Positions 41,165 through 52,697 are shown, counted from the first letter of the stretch. The stretch is DNA of 64,000 nucleotides from Nitrospirota bacterium (GCA_963701855.1 CAVPBK010000006.1:1-64000); one strand, 5' to 3'. Numbers and translations are program-made. Notes: generated by a model not told the origin, from the letters alone.

Positions 41165-43366
41165 ATGACCATCCAACCCTGGATCACCTGCCTGCAAAGC
41201 GGGATACTCATCCATCATCTCGAAGCTCGCTACCCTGAAGAGGCATCGAAAGTCGATCTCCAGCGGGTTATGGGAGCAGCCGAATCGTTCCAAGAGATTC
41301 AGGATGCCCGTGCGTTCCTCACCGATACAAGCAATTGGATTCCCCATTCGGTCTTTCGTGAATTGATCAAGACCTGTGAGCTGGCATCCGGCGAGAAAGA
41401 CTTCACCTATCTGGCCGCCCTGGCCTATTACGAAACCGTCAAGACACAGACCCCGACACTAATTGAAACAATTGCGATCCTCCTCAACGACGTCGAATCG
41501 GTCTTTCGTTCTGTCGGCAACTGGGCCTCAGCCTATACGAACTATCTTCAGCTTCAGTCGTTCGTCTGTCCGGATGAACCACGGACCTTGCACATTCTGT
41601 CCCGAAACTTACCGCCGGTCGATCCTGGATTGGGAAATATGCGTCTGGTGCAGGGCAATCTCGAAGGCACTGCGAAACTGGATCCCTCCGTCGAAACTGC
41701 TGCCTGCGAAGAAGCCTACTCACAACTCCGCTTAGAAACCCTGGTCAATGAGTTTGGCGACGCCTACGACATGACCACGAAGAACGATCGGATCACTGTG
41801 GCCCGCCGATCGACGGGCGACGTCGTGATCACAGGACGAACGATTCGTCTCATTCAGACGCTGATCCCCATCAAAACCGATCGCATTCCCGCTCCGCATG
41901 GTTCAGACGCACAACTTGTCGCCGCACTTGAAGGGCAGGACCATCTCTCGGTCTGGACAGCTGAAGAGCCGGTTCGAAGATCCAAGACACACCTCCCCAA
42001 GCAGGACGATCATTGCACCGCTCTCCGCATCGAGCGCGGCGGCACCCTCTCGACTGGATCACTCAGTACCACGATCAAAGCCGGCTCGATCTACAACGCG
42101 CCGTATACTCATTATCGCCTGCATTGGGCGATCCGCTCTCCACACGCAAGCAACGCCGCTGCCGCCGCCCGCTCGCAACACGTGACGGACCGGCGCGCCT
42201 TCGCCTATCAGCTCTTTACCCATTTGAAAAACCTACAGGCGACGCATCGACACATGCTCACCATGTTCCTTCGCAATGTGGAGCTGGCGCAGGAGAATAT
42301 CCAACTGAAGCAGGAGCTGTCTGCGCAGCAAAAAACCGGCGGCATTATCGGCAAGAGCGCTCTCCTTCAAGATCTTCTTTCCCTGGTTAGAACCATCGCT
42401 CCTTCGGACACAACCGTTTTAGTGACCGGAGAAACAGGGACGGGGAAAGAACTCGCCGCCCGTTTAATCCATCAACTCAGCCGACGCAAGGACCGCCGTT
42501 TTGTCGCCGTGAATTGTGGAGCACTGCCTGAAACACTCTTGGAAAGCGAGCTGTTCGGTCACGAGAAAGGGTCGTTCACCGGCGCGATAGCCCAGAAGAA
42601 AGGGAAATTCGAGCTCGCCGAGGGAGGCACACTGTTTCTCGACGAGATCGGCGACATTTCGCCCGCGGTGCAGGTGAAATTGCTACGAGTGCTTCAAGAA
42701 CGAGAGTTTCAGCGCGTCGGAGGAACGAGTGATCTTAAAGCGAATATCCGGCTGATCGCTGCCACGAATCGAGACCTCCTGGCAATGATGGAGCAGAACC
42801 AGTTTCGACAAGACCTGTTCTATCGTTTGAATGTCATCCAGCTCTATGTCCCGGCCTTGCGAGAACGTCCAGAGGATATTGCTGAACTCGCCCAGCATTT
42901 CGTCCAGCGATTCGCCGAGAAAACCGGAAAATCCATCGCTGGCTTGACGCCGGACGCACTGAAGCTCTGCCTGGCTTACAAATGGCCCGGTAACATCCGC
43001 GAGCTGGAGAATGTCATGGAGCGCGCCGTGACGTTGGCGCCGGAAGGCAAGAAATGGATTGCTCCTGACCTGCTCCCGAGCAATCTACGTTCGACGACGG
43101 AATCGGCACCCTCGCTCGATCTTGCCGAGTTGGTGGACCATGTTGACTGGAGTGCGCTGCTTAAAACCCTAGAGACACGAGGATCGCTCACCGGACTCTT
43201 GAACTACCTCGAATGGACCATCACGCGCCGCGCCGTCGCCGAATATGGCGGCAACAAGAGCCGCGCCGCGAAAGTCCTCGGGCGCACCTATCGCTGGTTG
43301 CGAAAACTCGAGACGGAAATGACTCATCGAGAGACTCCACCCCCCAATCCCGACTCACATTCCTGA
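41165..43366 (+). CDS. Sigma54-dependent enhancer-binding protein with large N-terminal sensor region
   Basis: [29 protein letters not shown] and [10 protein letters not shown]; Fis-type HTH. Confidence 0.92.
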   Translation: MTIQPWITCLQSGILIHHLEARYPEEASKVDLQRVMGAAESFQEIQDARAFLTDTSNWIPHSVFRELIKTCELASGEKDFTYLAALAYYETVKTQTPTLIETIAILLNDVESVFRSVGNWASAYTNYLQLQSFVCPDEPRTLHILSRNLPPVDPGLGNMRLVQGNLEGTAKLDPSVETAACEEAYSQLRLETLVNEFGDAYDMTTKNDRITVARRSTGDVVITGRTIRLIQTLIPIKTDRIPAPHGSDAQLVAALEGQDHLSVWTAEEPVRRSKTHLPKQDDHCTALRIERGGTLSTGSLSTTIKAGSIYNAPYTHYRLHWAIRSPHASNAAAAARSQHVTDRRAFAYQLFTHLKNLQATHRHMLTMFLRNVELAQENIQLKQELSAQQKTGGIIGKSALLQDLLSLVRTIAPSDTTVLVTGETGTGKELAARLIHQLSRRKDRRFVAVNCGALPETLLESELFGHEKGSFTGAIAQKKGKFELAEGGTLFLDEIGDISPAVQVKLLRVLQEREFQRVGGTSDLKANIRLIAATNRDLLAMMEQNQFRQDLFYRLNVIQLYVPALRERPEDIAELAQHFVQRFAEKTGKSIAGLTPDALKLCLAYKWPGNIRELENVMERAVTLAPEGKKWIAPDLLPSNLRSTTESAPSLDLAELVDHVDWSALLKTLETRGSLTGLLNYLEWTITRRAVAEYGGNKSRAAKVLGRTYRWLRKLETEMTHRETPPPNPDSHS

Positions 43367-43724
43367 TTCCCCGATCATCTTGCCAGCACTCGGTTCCACC
43401 CCCAAGGATGAACGCCGGCTCCGCCCTATGAATAACAATTCATAGTTCAGCCCGCTGAGCTCATCTTTGGATAGCAACGACAGGGAGGCATTGGTGATCC
43501 TTTTGACCTAGCTTGTCACTCAAGCAATTGTTCTATGATTTGAACTGACTAGTCTCTACAAAGAAAAGATGCCTTGTGCTTCCTTCATAGACTGCCCCTT
43601 GACCAGATTTCGCATCCCATCTGATTCAGCCTTGAATCGAATTTGATACACAGAGTAGGGCTGCCTCGTATGAACTGACTGCGTAACATTCCATCCAGCC
43701 CAACAATTGATTTCATTCTCTATC

Positions 43725-43740
43725 TGGCATTGCGATTGCA
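43725..43740 (+). promoter_or_regulatory. Sigma54 (-24/-12) promoter
   Basis: TGGCATTGCGATTGCA has GG-N10-GC spacing and lies 37 bp before ATG 43777, with an AAGGAG RBS. Confidence 0.7.
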
Positions 43741-43776
43741 CAAACCTGATCAGGACACCGGGCAAGGAGCCGCACA

Positions 43777-44478
43777 ATGATGCGTACAGTTCATCAATTT
43801 TTCGTTCAACATCTAAGAAGTGTTGTTTGTATCGCAATTACGGCGACCCTCGTATCATGCGCCTCAACGACCGGGACAAAAACCACTCTTACATCCGCAG
43901 ACCTTTCGAAGATCACAAAAACGGGTATCATCGTCGAATCCAAACACTCCCTCTCGGTTCGTGTTGCCCGAGAGCAGATGACAAATACGGGGGCTGTTCT
44001 CTTTGGCTTGATTGGCGCTGCTGTGGAGGCAGGATATAAGTCTTCAAAAGACTCTGGTCATGAGGAAGAGATTGGTCGCGTCCTTGGCGACTTCGATCCG
44101 GCGAAAGACAGCGCTGCCGCGTTTCGCGAAAAGTTCCTAGCAGGAAAAGTATTTCCTATTGTCGAGGTCGTTCAAACAGAAAATGCCCGTGGCCTGAAAG
44201 AGCAGGGGTTCGATGCCGTGTTTAAAGAAACGATCGAAGAATGGGGGTTACGGCTGTGTTCGGGAGAGGAAAATGTACAAGTGGGATTTGACATACATGC
44301 GCAGCTTGTCTCGCTCCAGAATGATAGGACGATTTGGGAACGCGATGAGTTGTTTATGGAAGGCCCCTGTCGTCCCTTGAGAGATTTTCGGAGTGATCGA
44401 GAATTGCTTCGAGCCAGCCTTAAGCAAGCATCCGAGACCATAGCGGGAAGAATCGCGAACGAGATTGCCTTTCCGTAA
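43777..44478 (+). CDS. Hypothetical lipoprotein
   Basis: Lipobox LVSC; glycine-zipper-like GAVLFGLIGAAV. Confidence 0.75.
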   Translation: MMRTVHQFFVQHLRSVVCIAITATLVSCASTTGTKTTLTSADLSKITKTGIIVESKHSLSVRVAREQMTNTGAVLFGLIGAAVEAGYKSSKDSGHEEEIGRVLGDFDPAKDSAAAFREKFLAGKVFPIVEVVQTENARGLKEQGFDAVFKETIEEWGLRLCSGEENVQVGFDIHAQLVSLQNDRTIWERDELFMEGPCRPLRDFRSDRELLRASLKQASETIAGRIANEIAFP

Positions 44479-44495
44479 ATACAGTGGAGGCTTTT

Positions 44496-45137
44496 ATGAA
44501 TACACACTGGCATAAGCTCGCAGTCCTATCACTTCTCTTCTCTGTCGCTCTACCTGGATGCGCGCTAACGGACGCTCACGTGAATCCAGGGTTCACACCG
44601 GAGCCTGGGAAGAAAAGTCCGTTAAGTACAATAAACTCTCTAGCAATCTCAATTCAGGTCGAGGATCAGCGGAATCCAGCCGAGCAGGACAGAGTGGGCG
44701 ATAAGAAAAATGGCTTCGGTTCAGTGACAGCAAAAGTGTTGTCGGACAAGGTGCCCACAACCATTCTTTACGACGCTCTGAAGGCTGAGTTTGAGAACAA
44801 TGCGCACAAGATTGTTCAGGCAGAAGATCGTAAGGCTGATGCACTGATCAAGATCGGGCTCAAGAGATACTGGAGTGACTTCGCTATCCACTTCTTCGAT
44901 ATTGAGATGAAAGGGACGTTGGATGCCAATATCGCGATTTCGAACGGGATCGATCAAAACCGATTAGCGTCCAAGCCACTCAATAGTACATTTCGTGAGA
45001 GTCGACAGATTGCTCTCGAGGGGGCCTTCGAAAGCGCCTTAAATGGAGCTCTTTTCGAGTTTATACGGAGCTTTTCTCGTGATCCCATCGTCTTGGATGC
45101 CCTTAGAATAGTCGCTTTACAGAAAGAAAAAAGATAA
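44496..45137 (+). CDS. YajG-like lipoprotein
   Basis: Lipobox LPGC; VEDQR...VGDKKNGFG. Confidence 0.7.
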   Translation: MNTHWHKLAVLSLLFSVALPGCALTDAHVNPGFTPEPGKKSPLSTINSLAISIQVEDQRNPAEQDRVGDKKNGFGSVTAKVLSDKVPTTILYDALKAEFENNAHKIVQAEDRKADALIKIGLKRYWSDFAIHFFDIEMKGTLDANIAISNGIDQNRLASKPLNSTFRESRQIALEGAFESALNGALFEFIRSFSRDPIVLDALRIVALQKEKR

Positions 45138-45874
45138 CAGCTGCCAGTTCGATTCCCTCCAAGGTTCAATAGCTTGAGTCCCTTCAGGCGACAGCCGGTC
45201 GGGCGGAACAGCCCCCGTTTCAGTAACACGAGGAACTAGAGTTACATACACGAGTAGTCTATTAATCTTTCCAACGAGGGCGTCGCCGCCACTGCCGTCC
45301 AAGACTAACTCGAAAATAACTTATCAGGTACAAGAGTGTAACAATTCTGCTTCCCCATCAAATGCTCGTGATCATGATTTGGAATTCGACTCGTCTTCAT
45401 TGAGAACTCCCGTTCAGGTGCTCTGAACCGCCGTTCATAGTCCGGGCTTGATGATCCCGCCACCCTGGTTGCCTTCCGATCCGGCCAATCGCGCAAAGTC
45501 CTGCCCACCAAGCACTGCGACGAAATCACCAAGCCTGACCATTCTCGGCGTGCTCCTTGCTCATGCGACAGAGTGAACCTGAACTGAGCGCTCTCAAGGA
45601 GGTGCCTCATGCTCGGACGTTGGCGAGACTCGGAGTTGTTCACATCCATTGAAACACGTTCCAAAGATTTCACGTCACGAACTTCCCACAGATACTGCCC
45701 CTTGCTCACTCTAGATTCGACAGTTACTGGTCGAGCTCAAGAGGCAGGCTGGAGTTTTAGTCCTCCCAGCTTCTATATGGTTCGGTGTCAATCTGGCAGG
45801 CAACTTTGGACACATGCATCAGGGCATAGATTTGGCCATTTACATGACAGAAAGAAGTAAAAAGGAGGCTTATC

Positions 45875-46666
45875 ATGAAAAGCAACGGTATGAAGAATGT
45901 TGTATTACTTGGCGCCATCGTCCTGGGAATCATTCCGCTGTCAGGCTGTGGACACTACACGACACAGCGGACAAGTAACGTTCTGACCTATCTCAATCCA
46001 GGCGACATGCAGCCTATGGAAGTCTCCAAGGATATCGCCAAGACTTCTCTGCCTAATATCCCGGTTCCCATAACACTCGGTATTGCGTTTGTGCCTGAGT
46101 CCAGAACAATTACGGGCGGACGGGACATCAAGATTGAGCCATTGACCGAGAAGGTCAAAATGGAAATGATGCAAGAATTGACCGCGCAGCTTCGCCAGTA
46201 TTCAATCTTTGCAAAAATCGAAGAGATCCCTTCGACCTATCTGAAGATCGGGGGCGGCTTTGCGAACTTAGATCAGATTCACACGATGACGGGAGTCGAT
46301 GTCATTGGTCTTGTGTCCTATGACCAAGTCCAGTTCACCGATAGAGGGCTCGTCTCGCTGCTGTATTGGACCGGAATTGGGTGGTACTTCGTGCCTGGAG
46401 AAAAAAACGATACGAACACGATGATCGATGCGGCCCTGTATCACATTCCCACTCGGAAACCCCTGCTGCGAGCCACGGGTCAAAGCGGGGTATACCATTA
46501 CTCCACCCCGATGAATCAAAGCCAGAATTTGAGAGATGACAGTGAACATGGGTTCAAAGACGCGCTCCATATGCTGGCCGCAAACTTCAAAGAGCAGCTG
46601 AACCTTCTCACGCCCAAGTTAGTCCACGCAGCAACTGGTAGCCCGAGCGCTGGCTCAGGCAAATGA
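45875..46666 (+). CDS. Rhombotarget-lipoprotein-like protein
   Basis: Lipobox LSGC; LGIAFVP, GGFANLDQ, LVSYDQVQF, YWT and GEKNDT. Confidence 0.7.
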   Translation: MKSNGMKNVVLLGAIVLGIIPLSGCGHYTTQRTSNVLTYLNPGDMQPMEVSKDIAKTSLPNIPVPITLGIAFVPESRTITGGRDIKIEPLTEKVKMEMMQELTAQLRQYSIFAKIEEIPSTYLKIGGGFANLDQIHTMTGVDVIGLVSYDQVQFTDRGLVSLLYWTGIGWYFVPGEKNDTNTMIDAALYHIPTRKPLLRATGQSGVYHYSTPMNQSQNLRDDSEHGFKDALHMLAANFKEQLNLLTPKLVHAATGSPSAGSGK

Positions 46667-46725
46667 CGGAAGCTACTCTCCCCCTGTATGGTTTGCGAAC
46701 CTCTCTAGCAGAAAGGGGTGGAAAC

Positions 46726-47208
46726 GTGACGGCCAAGACGTGGATAACAGCCTTAGTAGCAGCCTATGTCCTTGCCGCCAATACAGGCTGCGCCGTGTAT
46801 CTGGCAGGAAAGGGACAGCCAGGAACAAATCTTGAGGCGCTTGGAGTCGGAACCTCGGAACAAGAAGTTGAACGCCAGCTCGGAACTCCTTCTAGTATTG
46901 AACCGGTGGGCGCAGGCAAGCGACTCTCTAGATATCGCATTGAACTTGCAAAGCAGCCAAATTACGCACGATCAGCGGTTCACATCCTTCTTGATCTCGT
47001 AACCTATGGTATCTGGGAGTTGCCGGGAAGCATATATGAACTGAGGAGCGAGCACAGAAAGGGAGAAGTGGGATTTGTGTTTGGACCCGACGACCATGTC
47101 CTTGAGGTACAAGACTACCAGGCTAGACGAGTACAACCTCCGAGTACCGATGAACTGCAGACGCCAAATGAGCAAGTAACGGCGTTCTGGAATGCTATGA
47201 ACAAATAA
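46726..47208 (+). CDS. Hypothetical lipoprotein (SmpA/BamE-like pattern)
   Basis: NTGC; VGTSEQEVERQLGTP. Confidence 0.65.
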   Translation: MTAKTWITALVAAYVLAANTGCAVYLAGKGQPGTNLEALGVGTSEQEVERQLGTPSSIEPVGAGKRLSRYRIELAKQPNYARSAVHILLDLVTYGIWELPGSIYELRSEHRKGEVGFVFGPDDHVLEVQDYQARRVQPPSTDELQTPNEQVTAFWNAMNK

Positions 47209-47528
47209 AAGCTTCAGCCTGTCGAGAAAGTGTGTGCCGTGCTCATGCTCATCATGTGTTGTGGTGGCTGGTCTCATACGAGCATTCAGACGCAGTCATT
47301 CTTACTTCCATTGCCTCGGAGCGTCAAAGCTGGCTCTGGTCCGTCGCATGACCTCGCCCAAAGAGTCGGTCTTTGAATTCAACCCGATCATCCCGCTGTA
47401 CCAGTACCGACATGAGACGGAGAGGGGAACCTCCTGGGATCTCTTCAAGAGGGCCGGTGGGAATGGACAAAGCCAAGCAACAGACTCGTATCAAGCTGTT
47501 CTGGCTGTCTCTGTGAAGACACGTCGTT

Positions 47529-50500
47529 GTGCGATTCATACAAACTGCAGGGAAGGAAACATTTGCCTCCGACTCCAAACACTGGCACACTGCAGCCGAT
47601 ACGAGGCCTTTTCTGGTGGACAGTCTTCAGCACAAACCTTCAGATATCAGCCCTATTTCGCATCCCCTTCGCGGCCTTCTCATTGCGCAATTCTTCGGCG
47701 CGTTCAACGACAACGCCTGGAAGCTCATGGTGGCCTTGCTGGCCATCCGGCAAGCGACCGCAGGGATGGCACCAGGCCCTGAGCTGGAAACTGCGGCACA
47801 GACGCAAACCGCGCTCACCTATATTATCTTCACCTTGCCGCTGGTATTGCTGTCGTTAATCGGCGGCACCTTGGCCGATCGCCTGAGCAAGCGCACAGTC
47901 ATCATCGCAATCAAAGTCGTCGAGGTGCTCCTCATGAGCGCCGGCGCCGTGGCGCTCTGGCTAAACCCCGCCGGTGGCATTCTGCCCTTGATCGTCTTAT
48001 GCGGGATGGGCGCGCACAGCGCGCTCTTCGGCCCATCAAAATATGGCATTCTCCCCGAATTGATTCCGCATGAACGTCTCGCCGCCGGCAACGGCCTGTT
48101 GGAGATGTGGACCTTTGCCGCCATCCTGGCAGGCACGGCAGCCGGAGGCTTTCTCTTGCAGACCGCCGGCGACTTGCTTTGGATGGCCCCGCTCACCTTG
48201 GCCGCCTTGTCGGTCGCGGGTCTGGTTGCAGCCTTCACCGTTCCCCACGTCTCGCCTGCGCGCGCGACCGGCGGCGTAGGCTCAACGATCCTCGTCGCCT
48301 GGGCTGCCATTCAGACAGAACGCCTGTTGCGCCTTGCCATTCCAGGAGAGATCTTTTTCTGGACGATTGCGAGCCTCTTCGCTCAAAACATACTCGTCTA
48401 TGCCAAAACTGTTCTGCATCTCTCTGATGCAATGTCGGGACTCCCGCTCACGTTGTTGTCCGTCGGTATCGGCGTCGGCGCCATGCTGGTCGGGCGACTG
48501 TCTCAAAACCGGATTGAGTACGGACTAGTCCCCCTGGGAGCCATGGGCGCGTCCATCGCACTGTCCTTGCTCGGCGCTCTGACACCACCATTGTTTGGAA
48601 CATTCCTGGTGTTGGGTCTCCTCGGAGTCTGTTGCTCCTTCATCTTCGTACCCCTGAATGCCATTCTCCAGTGGAGATCGCCACCCGATCGGCGCGGCGC
48701 CGTCATCTCGTTTTCCAACACCTGCGTCTTCACCGGAATTCTATTGGGCTCGCTCGCCGGTGGCTCGCTCGCCAATGCCGGTTTTTCGACGAGCAACATT
48801 TTCCTCGTCACCGCCGGAGTGACCATAGGCGGTACGCTGTGGGCCCTCCGGCTGATGCCGGATGTATTTCTACGGCTCGTGCTCGTCATCTTGACGAACA
48901 CGTTCTATCGCCTCCGCATTGTCGGCCAGCAGCATGTTCCCCAATCCGGCGGGGCACTGCTCGTCCCAAACCATATGTCGTTCGTCGATGGCTTCATACT
49001 CATGGCCAGCGTCGATCGATCCATACGATTCGTTGTGGATGCCGCCTATGCCACACACCCGCTGTTCAAATGGCTGATGACCACCATGAAGGTCATTCCG
49101 ATTACGTCTGCAGGCGACACCCGCATGATCCTCCGGGCGCTGCGCAGCGCGGGGCAAGCCCTCGACGACGGAGAGATCGTCTGCATCTTCCCTGAAGGGC
49201 AGATTACCCGTACTGGCACGCTGTTGCCATTCCGTCGCGGCTTCGAACGGATTGTGAAGGGGCGGCAGGTGCCGGTCATCCCCGTACACTTGGATCGCCT
49301 GTGGGGCAGCATCTTCAGTTTTGAAGGCGGTCGTTTCCTCCGGAAATGGCCTGAGCGGATTCCCTATCCATTGACGGTGTCCTTCGGTGCGCCGCTGCCA
49401 TCGGATACGCCGGCGCACAAGCTTCGCGACGCGGTCTGCACACTCGGAGAGGAGGCCTGGCGTCTTCGCAAATCCTATCGCCGCCCGCTGCACCGTGAAT
49501 TCATCCACGCCATGAGGCGGCATCCCTTCCGTTTCGCCATGGCGGACCAGAAGCGCCCACGTGTGACATCGCTCCAAGCCCTGATCGGATCCATCGTCCT
49601 CGCCAGAGTGCTTCGGCCACATTGGGAAGGTCAGCGTCATATCGGCATCCTCCTTCCGCCGACCGTCGCCGGCGCATTAGTCAACGTGGCCGCTCCACTC
49701 TGTGGGAAAACCAGCGTGAATCTAAACTACACAGTCGGCAAATCCGGTCTCGAAGCAGCCGTGCGACTCGCCGGCCTTCGCACAATCGTCACCAGCCGAG
49801 TCTTCGTCGAGAAGGCCAAGTTGGAGTTGCCTGATGGGCCGTCGATCGTATGGCTGGAGGACGTGGCCCGTACCATCGGCACAGGACAGAAGCTCGCCGC
49901 GAGTCTCCTCGCCCTCTGCGCCCCTGCGCGCCTGATCGAACAGGCCTGCGGACAGGACACCCCCCTGACAATGGATGACCTGGCCACCATCATCTTCAGC
50001 AGCGGCAGCACCGGTGAACCGAAGGGCGTGATGCTCTCTCACTTCAACATCGACGCCAATGCGCAGGGGGCCAACCAAGTTCTCCATCTCTACCGGGACG
50101 AACGAGTGCTTGGCATCCTTCCATTTTTCCATTCGTTCGGCTATCTCGTCTTCTGGTTGGCCATTTTCAAGAATGTGGGCATAGTCTTTCATCCCTCCCC
50201 GCTCGACGTCACCGCCATCGGCGAACTCGTGCATCGCTACCGCGTCACGTTCCTCGTCACCACACCAACCTTTCTCCAGCTATATCTGCGCCGTTGTACA
50301 CCGGAACAATTCAGCTCGTTGCGCGTGGTCTTGACCGGCGCTGAGAAGCTTCAGCCCAGGCTCGCGCAGGCCTTTGAAGATCGGTTCGGAATCGGACCGA
50401 TTGAGGGCTACGGCGTTACCGAATGCGCTCCCGTCGTCGCCGTCAATTGTCCGGACTTCCGAGCAGCCGGATACTTCCAACCGGCCTCACGACGTGGCAC

Positions 50501-51068
50501 TGTTGGTCAACCGCTACCCGGCGTATCTGTGCAGATCGTCGATCCCGACAACTTCGCCTCATTGCCCCCCGACACTCCAGGCATGTTGCTGGTCAAGGGT
50601 CCCAACGTCATGAGTGGGTACCTAGGACGTGAAGATCTAACGGCCAACGCCCTGCACGATGGCTGGTACATTACGGGCGACATCGCGAAGTTGGACGAAG
50701 ACGGGTTCCTGACGATCACCGACCGACTTTCGCGCTTCTCCAAAATTGGCGGAGAAATGGTCCCGCATGGCCGCGTAGAAGAGGCGCTGCAGCAAGCCGC
50801 CGGCGCCGATACGCAAGTCTTCGCTGTCACAGGCATTCCAGACGAACGTAAGGGTGAGCAACTCGCGGTCCTTCATACCCTGGATGAGTCACAGATTCCA
50901 GGCATCGTAAGCAAGCTCGCAGCAAACGGCCTGCCGAACCTCTATATTCCACCACGCCCGAATTTCATTAAAGTCGATGCCCTCCCGATGTTGGGCACTG
51001 GGAAAATGGATCTACGGAGCCTGAAACGGATTGCGATGGAACGGCTCGCCCAGATCAATGAGGGCTGA
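47529..51068 (+). CDS. aas: Aas-type fusion: MFS (LplT-like), acyltransferase and acyl-ACP synthetase (start uncertain)
   Basis: QFFGAFNDN, GPSKYG, NHMSFVD, FPEG, FSSGSTGEPKG and GYGVTE. Confidence 0.88.
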   Translation: MRFIQTAGKETFASDSKHWHTAADTRPFLVDSLQHKPSDISPISHPLRGLLIAQFFGAFNDNAWKLMVALLAIRQATAGMAPGPELETAAQTQTALTYIIFTLPLVLLSLIGGTLADRLSKRTVIIAIKVVEVLLMSAGAVALWLNPAGGILPLIVLCGMGAHSALFGPSKYGILPELIPHERLAAGNGLLEMWTFAAILAGTAAGGFLLQTAGDLLWMAPLTLAALSVAGLVAAFTVPHVSPARATGGVGSTILVAWAAIQTERLLRLAIPGEIFFWTIASLFAQNILVYAKTVLHLSDAMSGLPLTLLSVGIGVGAMLVGRLSQNRIEYGLVPLGAMGASIALSLLGALTPPLFGTFLVLGLLGVCCSFIFVPLNAILQWRSPPDRRGAVISFSNTCVFTGILLGSLAGGSLANAGFSTSNIFLVTAGVTIGGTLWALRLMPDVFLRLVLVILTNTFYRLRIVGQQHVPQSGGALLVPNHMSFVDGFILMASVDRSIRFVVDAAYATHPLFKWLMTTMKVIPITSAGDTRMILRALRSAGQALDDGEIVCIFPEGQITRTGTLLPFRRGFERIVKGRQVPVIPVHLDRLWGSIFSFEGGRFLRKWPERIPYPLTVSFGAPLPSDTPAHKLRDAVCTLGEEAWRLRKSYRRPLHREFIHAMRRHPFRFAMADQKRPRVTSLQALIGSIVLARVLRPHWEGQRHIGILLPPTVAGALVNVAAPLCGKTSVNLNYTVGKSGLEAAVRLAGLRTIVTSRVFVEKAKLELPDGPSIVWLEDVARTIGTGQKLAASLLALCAPARLIEQACGQDTPLTMDDLATIIFSSGSTGEPKGVMLSHFNIDANAQGANQVLHLYRDERVLGILPFFHSFGYLVFWLAIFKNVGIVFHPSPLDVTAIGELVHRYRVTFLVTTPTFLQLYLRRCTPEQFSSLRVVLTGAEKLQPRLAQAFEDRFGIGPIEGYGVTECAPVVAVNCPDFRAAGYFQPASRRGTVGQPLPGVSVQIVDPDNFASLPPDTPGMLLVKGPNVMSGYLGREDLTANALHDGWYITGDIAKLDEDGFLTITDRLSRFSKIGGEMVPHGRVEEALQQAAGADTQVFAVTGIPDERKGEQLAVLHTLDESQIPGIVSKLAANGLPNLYIPPRPNFIKVDALPMLGTGKMDLRSLKRIAMERLAQINEG

Positions 51069-51706
51069 TGACATCTCCCATCGCTGAACGCCGAGTGCTG
51101 CTCACCGCCATAGTCATTGGACTTGTCCTATCAGGGATTAGCCCCAGAGACCGCCTGACTTGGTTCCTGGAAGCCGCACCAGTACTGATCGGGATTCCCA
51201 TCCTCGTGGCAACCCACACCCGGTTCCCTCTTACGCCATTGATATACCGGCTGTTTGTCGTGCATGCAGTCATCCTCATGGTCGGCGCACATTACACCTA
51301 TGCCGAAGTCCCCCTGGGTCGTTGGGTCCAAGACGCCTTCGGCCTCGCCCGAAACCACTACGATCGCCTCGGCCATTTTGCCCAAGGCTTCGTGCCGGCA
51401 ATGCTGGCGCGGGAGCTCCTTCTACGAACGTCTTCGTTGCAACAGGGACGCTGGCTCTTCTTCCTTGTTACCTCAGTGTGTCTCGCGTTCAGCGCAAGCT
51501 ATGAACTCTTCGAATGGGGAACTGCGCGTACGCTCGGTCAATCCGCCACCGCCTTTCTCGGTACCCAAGGCGATGAATGGGACACTCAGTGGGATATGTT
51601 TCTCGCACTCCTCGGTTCAGTCATCGCTCAGATATGTTTATCCAGCACACATGATCGCCAATTAGAGGCTCTGCATCTCCGCCCTTTGCAGAGAGGCCGC
51701 TTGTGA
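51068..51706 (+). CDS. DUF2238/YjdF-like inner membrane protein
   Basis: HYTYAEVP, RNHYDRLGHFAQG and QGDEWDTQWDM. Confidence 0.88.
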   Translation: MTSPIAERRVLLTAIVIGLVLSGISPRDRLTWFLEAAPVLIGIPILVATHTRFPLTPLIYRLFVVHAVILMVGAHYTYAEVPLGRWVQDAFGLARNHYDRLGHFAQGFVPAMLARELLLRTSSLQQGRWLFFLVTSVCLAFSASYELFEWGTARTLGQSATAFLGTQGDEWDTQWDMFLALLGSVIAQICLSSTHDRQLEALHLRPLQRGRL

Positions 51707-52683
51707 AAGAGGCAGCTAAGAAAATTCTGATCGACTGCCATGTCCACCTGGCCGCTCTGCCGGACGGCGACAACGGCTGCTACATCTCCCCGAAGATGCT
51801 ACGAAGCCCGCTGTTTCGCTATCTCCTATGGAAACACCAACTGTCTCCGGCAAACCCACGGGAAGCGAACCGGAAATATCTCGACGATCTGCTCACCGAA
51901 TTGCGCGCCTCCCTCCATGTTCAACGAGCCGTACTCCTTGGTATGGACGGCGTGTACGACCAAAACGGCCGCCTCAACCAGGCGCACACAGACTTTCTCA
52001 TCAGCAACAACTATGTACTCAACATTGCAAGGGCCTACCCGAATGAGTTCCTCGCCGGCGTCTCGATCAATCCTCAACGACGTGACGCCGTCGAAGAGGT
52101 CCATCGTTGCGCCGATGCCGACGCCGCATTGGTGAAGGTCCTCCCGAACGCGCAGCAGTTCAACCCGGCCGATCTGCGCTACAAAGCGTTCTACCGAGCA
52201 CTCGCAGAACGGAAGCTGCCGTTCCTGAGTCACGTCGGGTATGAATTCAGCCTCATCGGAAAGGACCAGTCCGTCGGAGACCCGAATCGCCTCAGGCCGG
52301 CGCTGGAAGAAGGCGCTACCGTGATTGCCGCGCATGCCTGCAGTTACGGATTGATCATCTATGAAAAGTTTCTTCCGACTCTGCGCGACTTCGTACAACG
52401 GTACCCGAATTTTTATGCGGACATCTCCGCCCTCACGCTGCCCACGCGGGTCCAGATGCTGCTCCACCTACGTCGCTACCCCGAAATTCATGACCGCCTG
52501 CTCTTCGGGACCGACTATCCCCTGTCCGTCTTTCATCTGGCAGCCTGGGGGCGCGTCTCGCTCGCCACACTCTACGACATCCTTCGAACGAAGAATCGTT
52601 TCGATCGGCAAGTGTCAGTCTGTCGTGGATTAGGGCTCGGCTTTCGATCGCTGGGCGACATTGTGGCCCAGCATACGTTGTAA
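51703..52683 (+). CDS. Amidohydrolase family protein
   Basis: IDCHVH, IAAH and LFGTDYP. Confidence 0.88.
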   Translation: MKEAAKKILIDCHVHLAALPDGDNGCYISPKMLRSPLFRYLLWKHQLSPANPREANRKYLDDLLTELRASLHVQRAVLLGMDGVYDQNGRLNQAHTDFLISNNYVLNIARAYPNEFLAGVSINPQRRDAVEEVHRCADADAALVKVLPNAQQFNPADLRYKAFYRALAERKLPFLSHVGYEFSLIGKDQSVGDPNRLRPALEEGATVIAAHACSYGLIIYEKFLPTLRDFVQRYPNFYADISALTLPTRVQMLLHLRRYPEIHDRLLFGTDYPLSVFHLAAWGRVSLATLYDILRTKNRFDRQVSVCRGLGLGFRSLGDIVAQHTL

Positions 52684-52697
52684 CATCCCGCGACACT

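Noticed and set aside
45305..45709. 134-aa minus-strand ORF
   Set aside because: No motif or clear RBS; probably spurious.
43400..47500. Integron cassette array
   Set aside because: No convincing RYYYAAC...GTTRRRY attC sites and no IntI.
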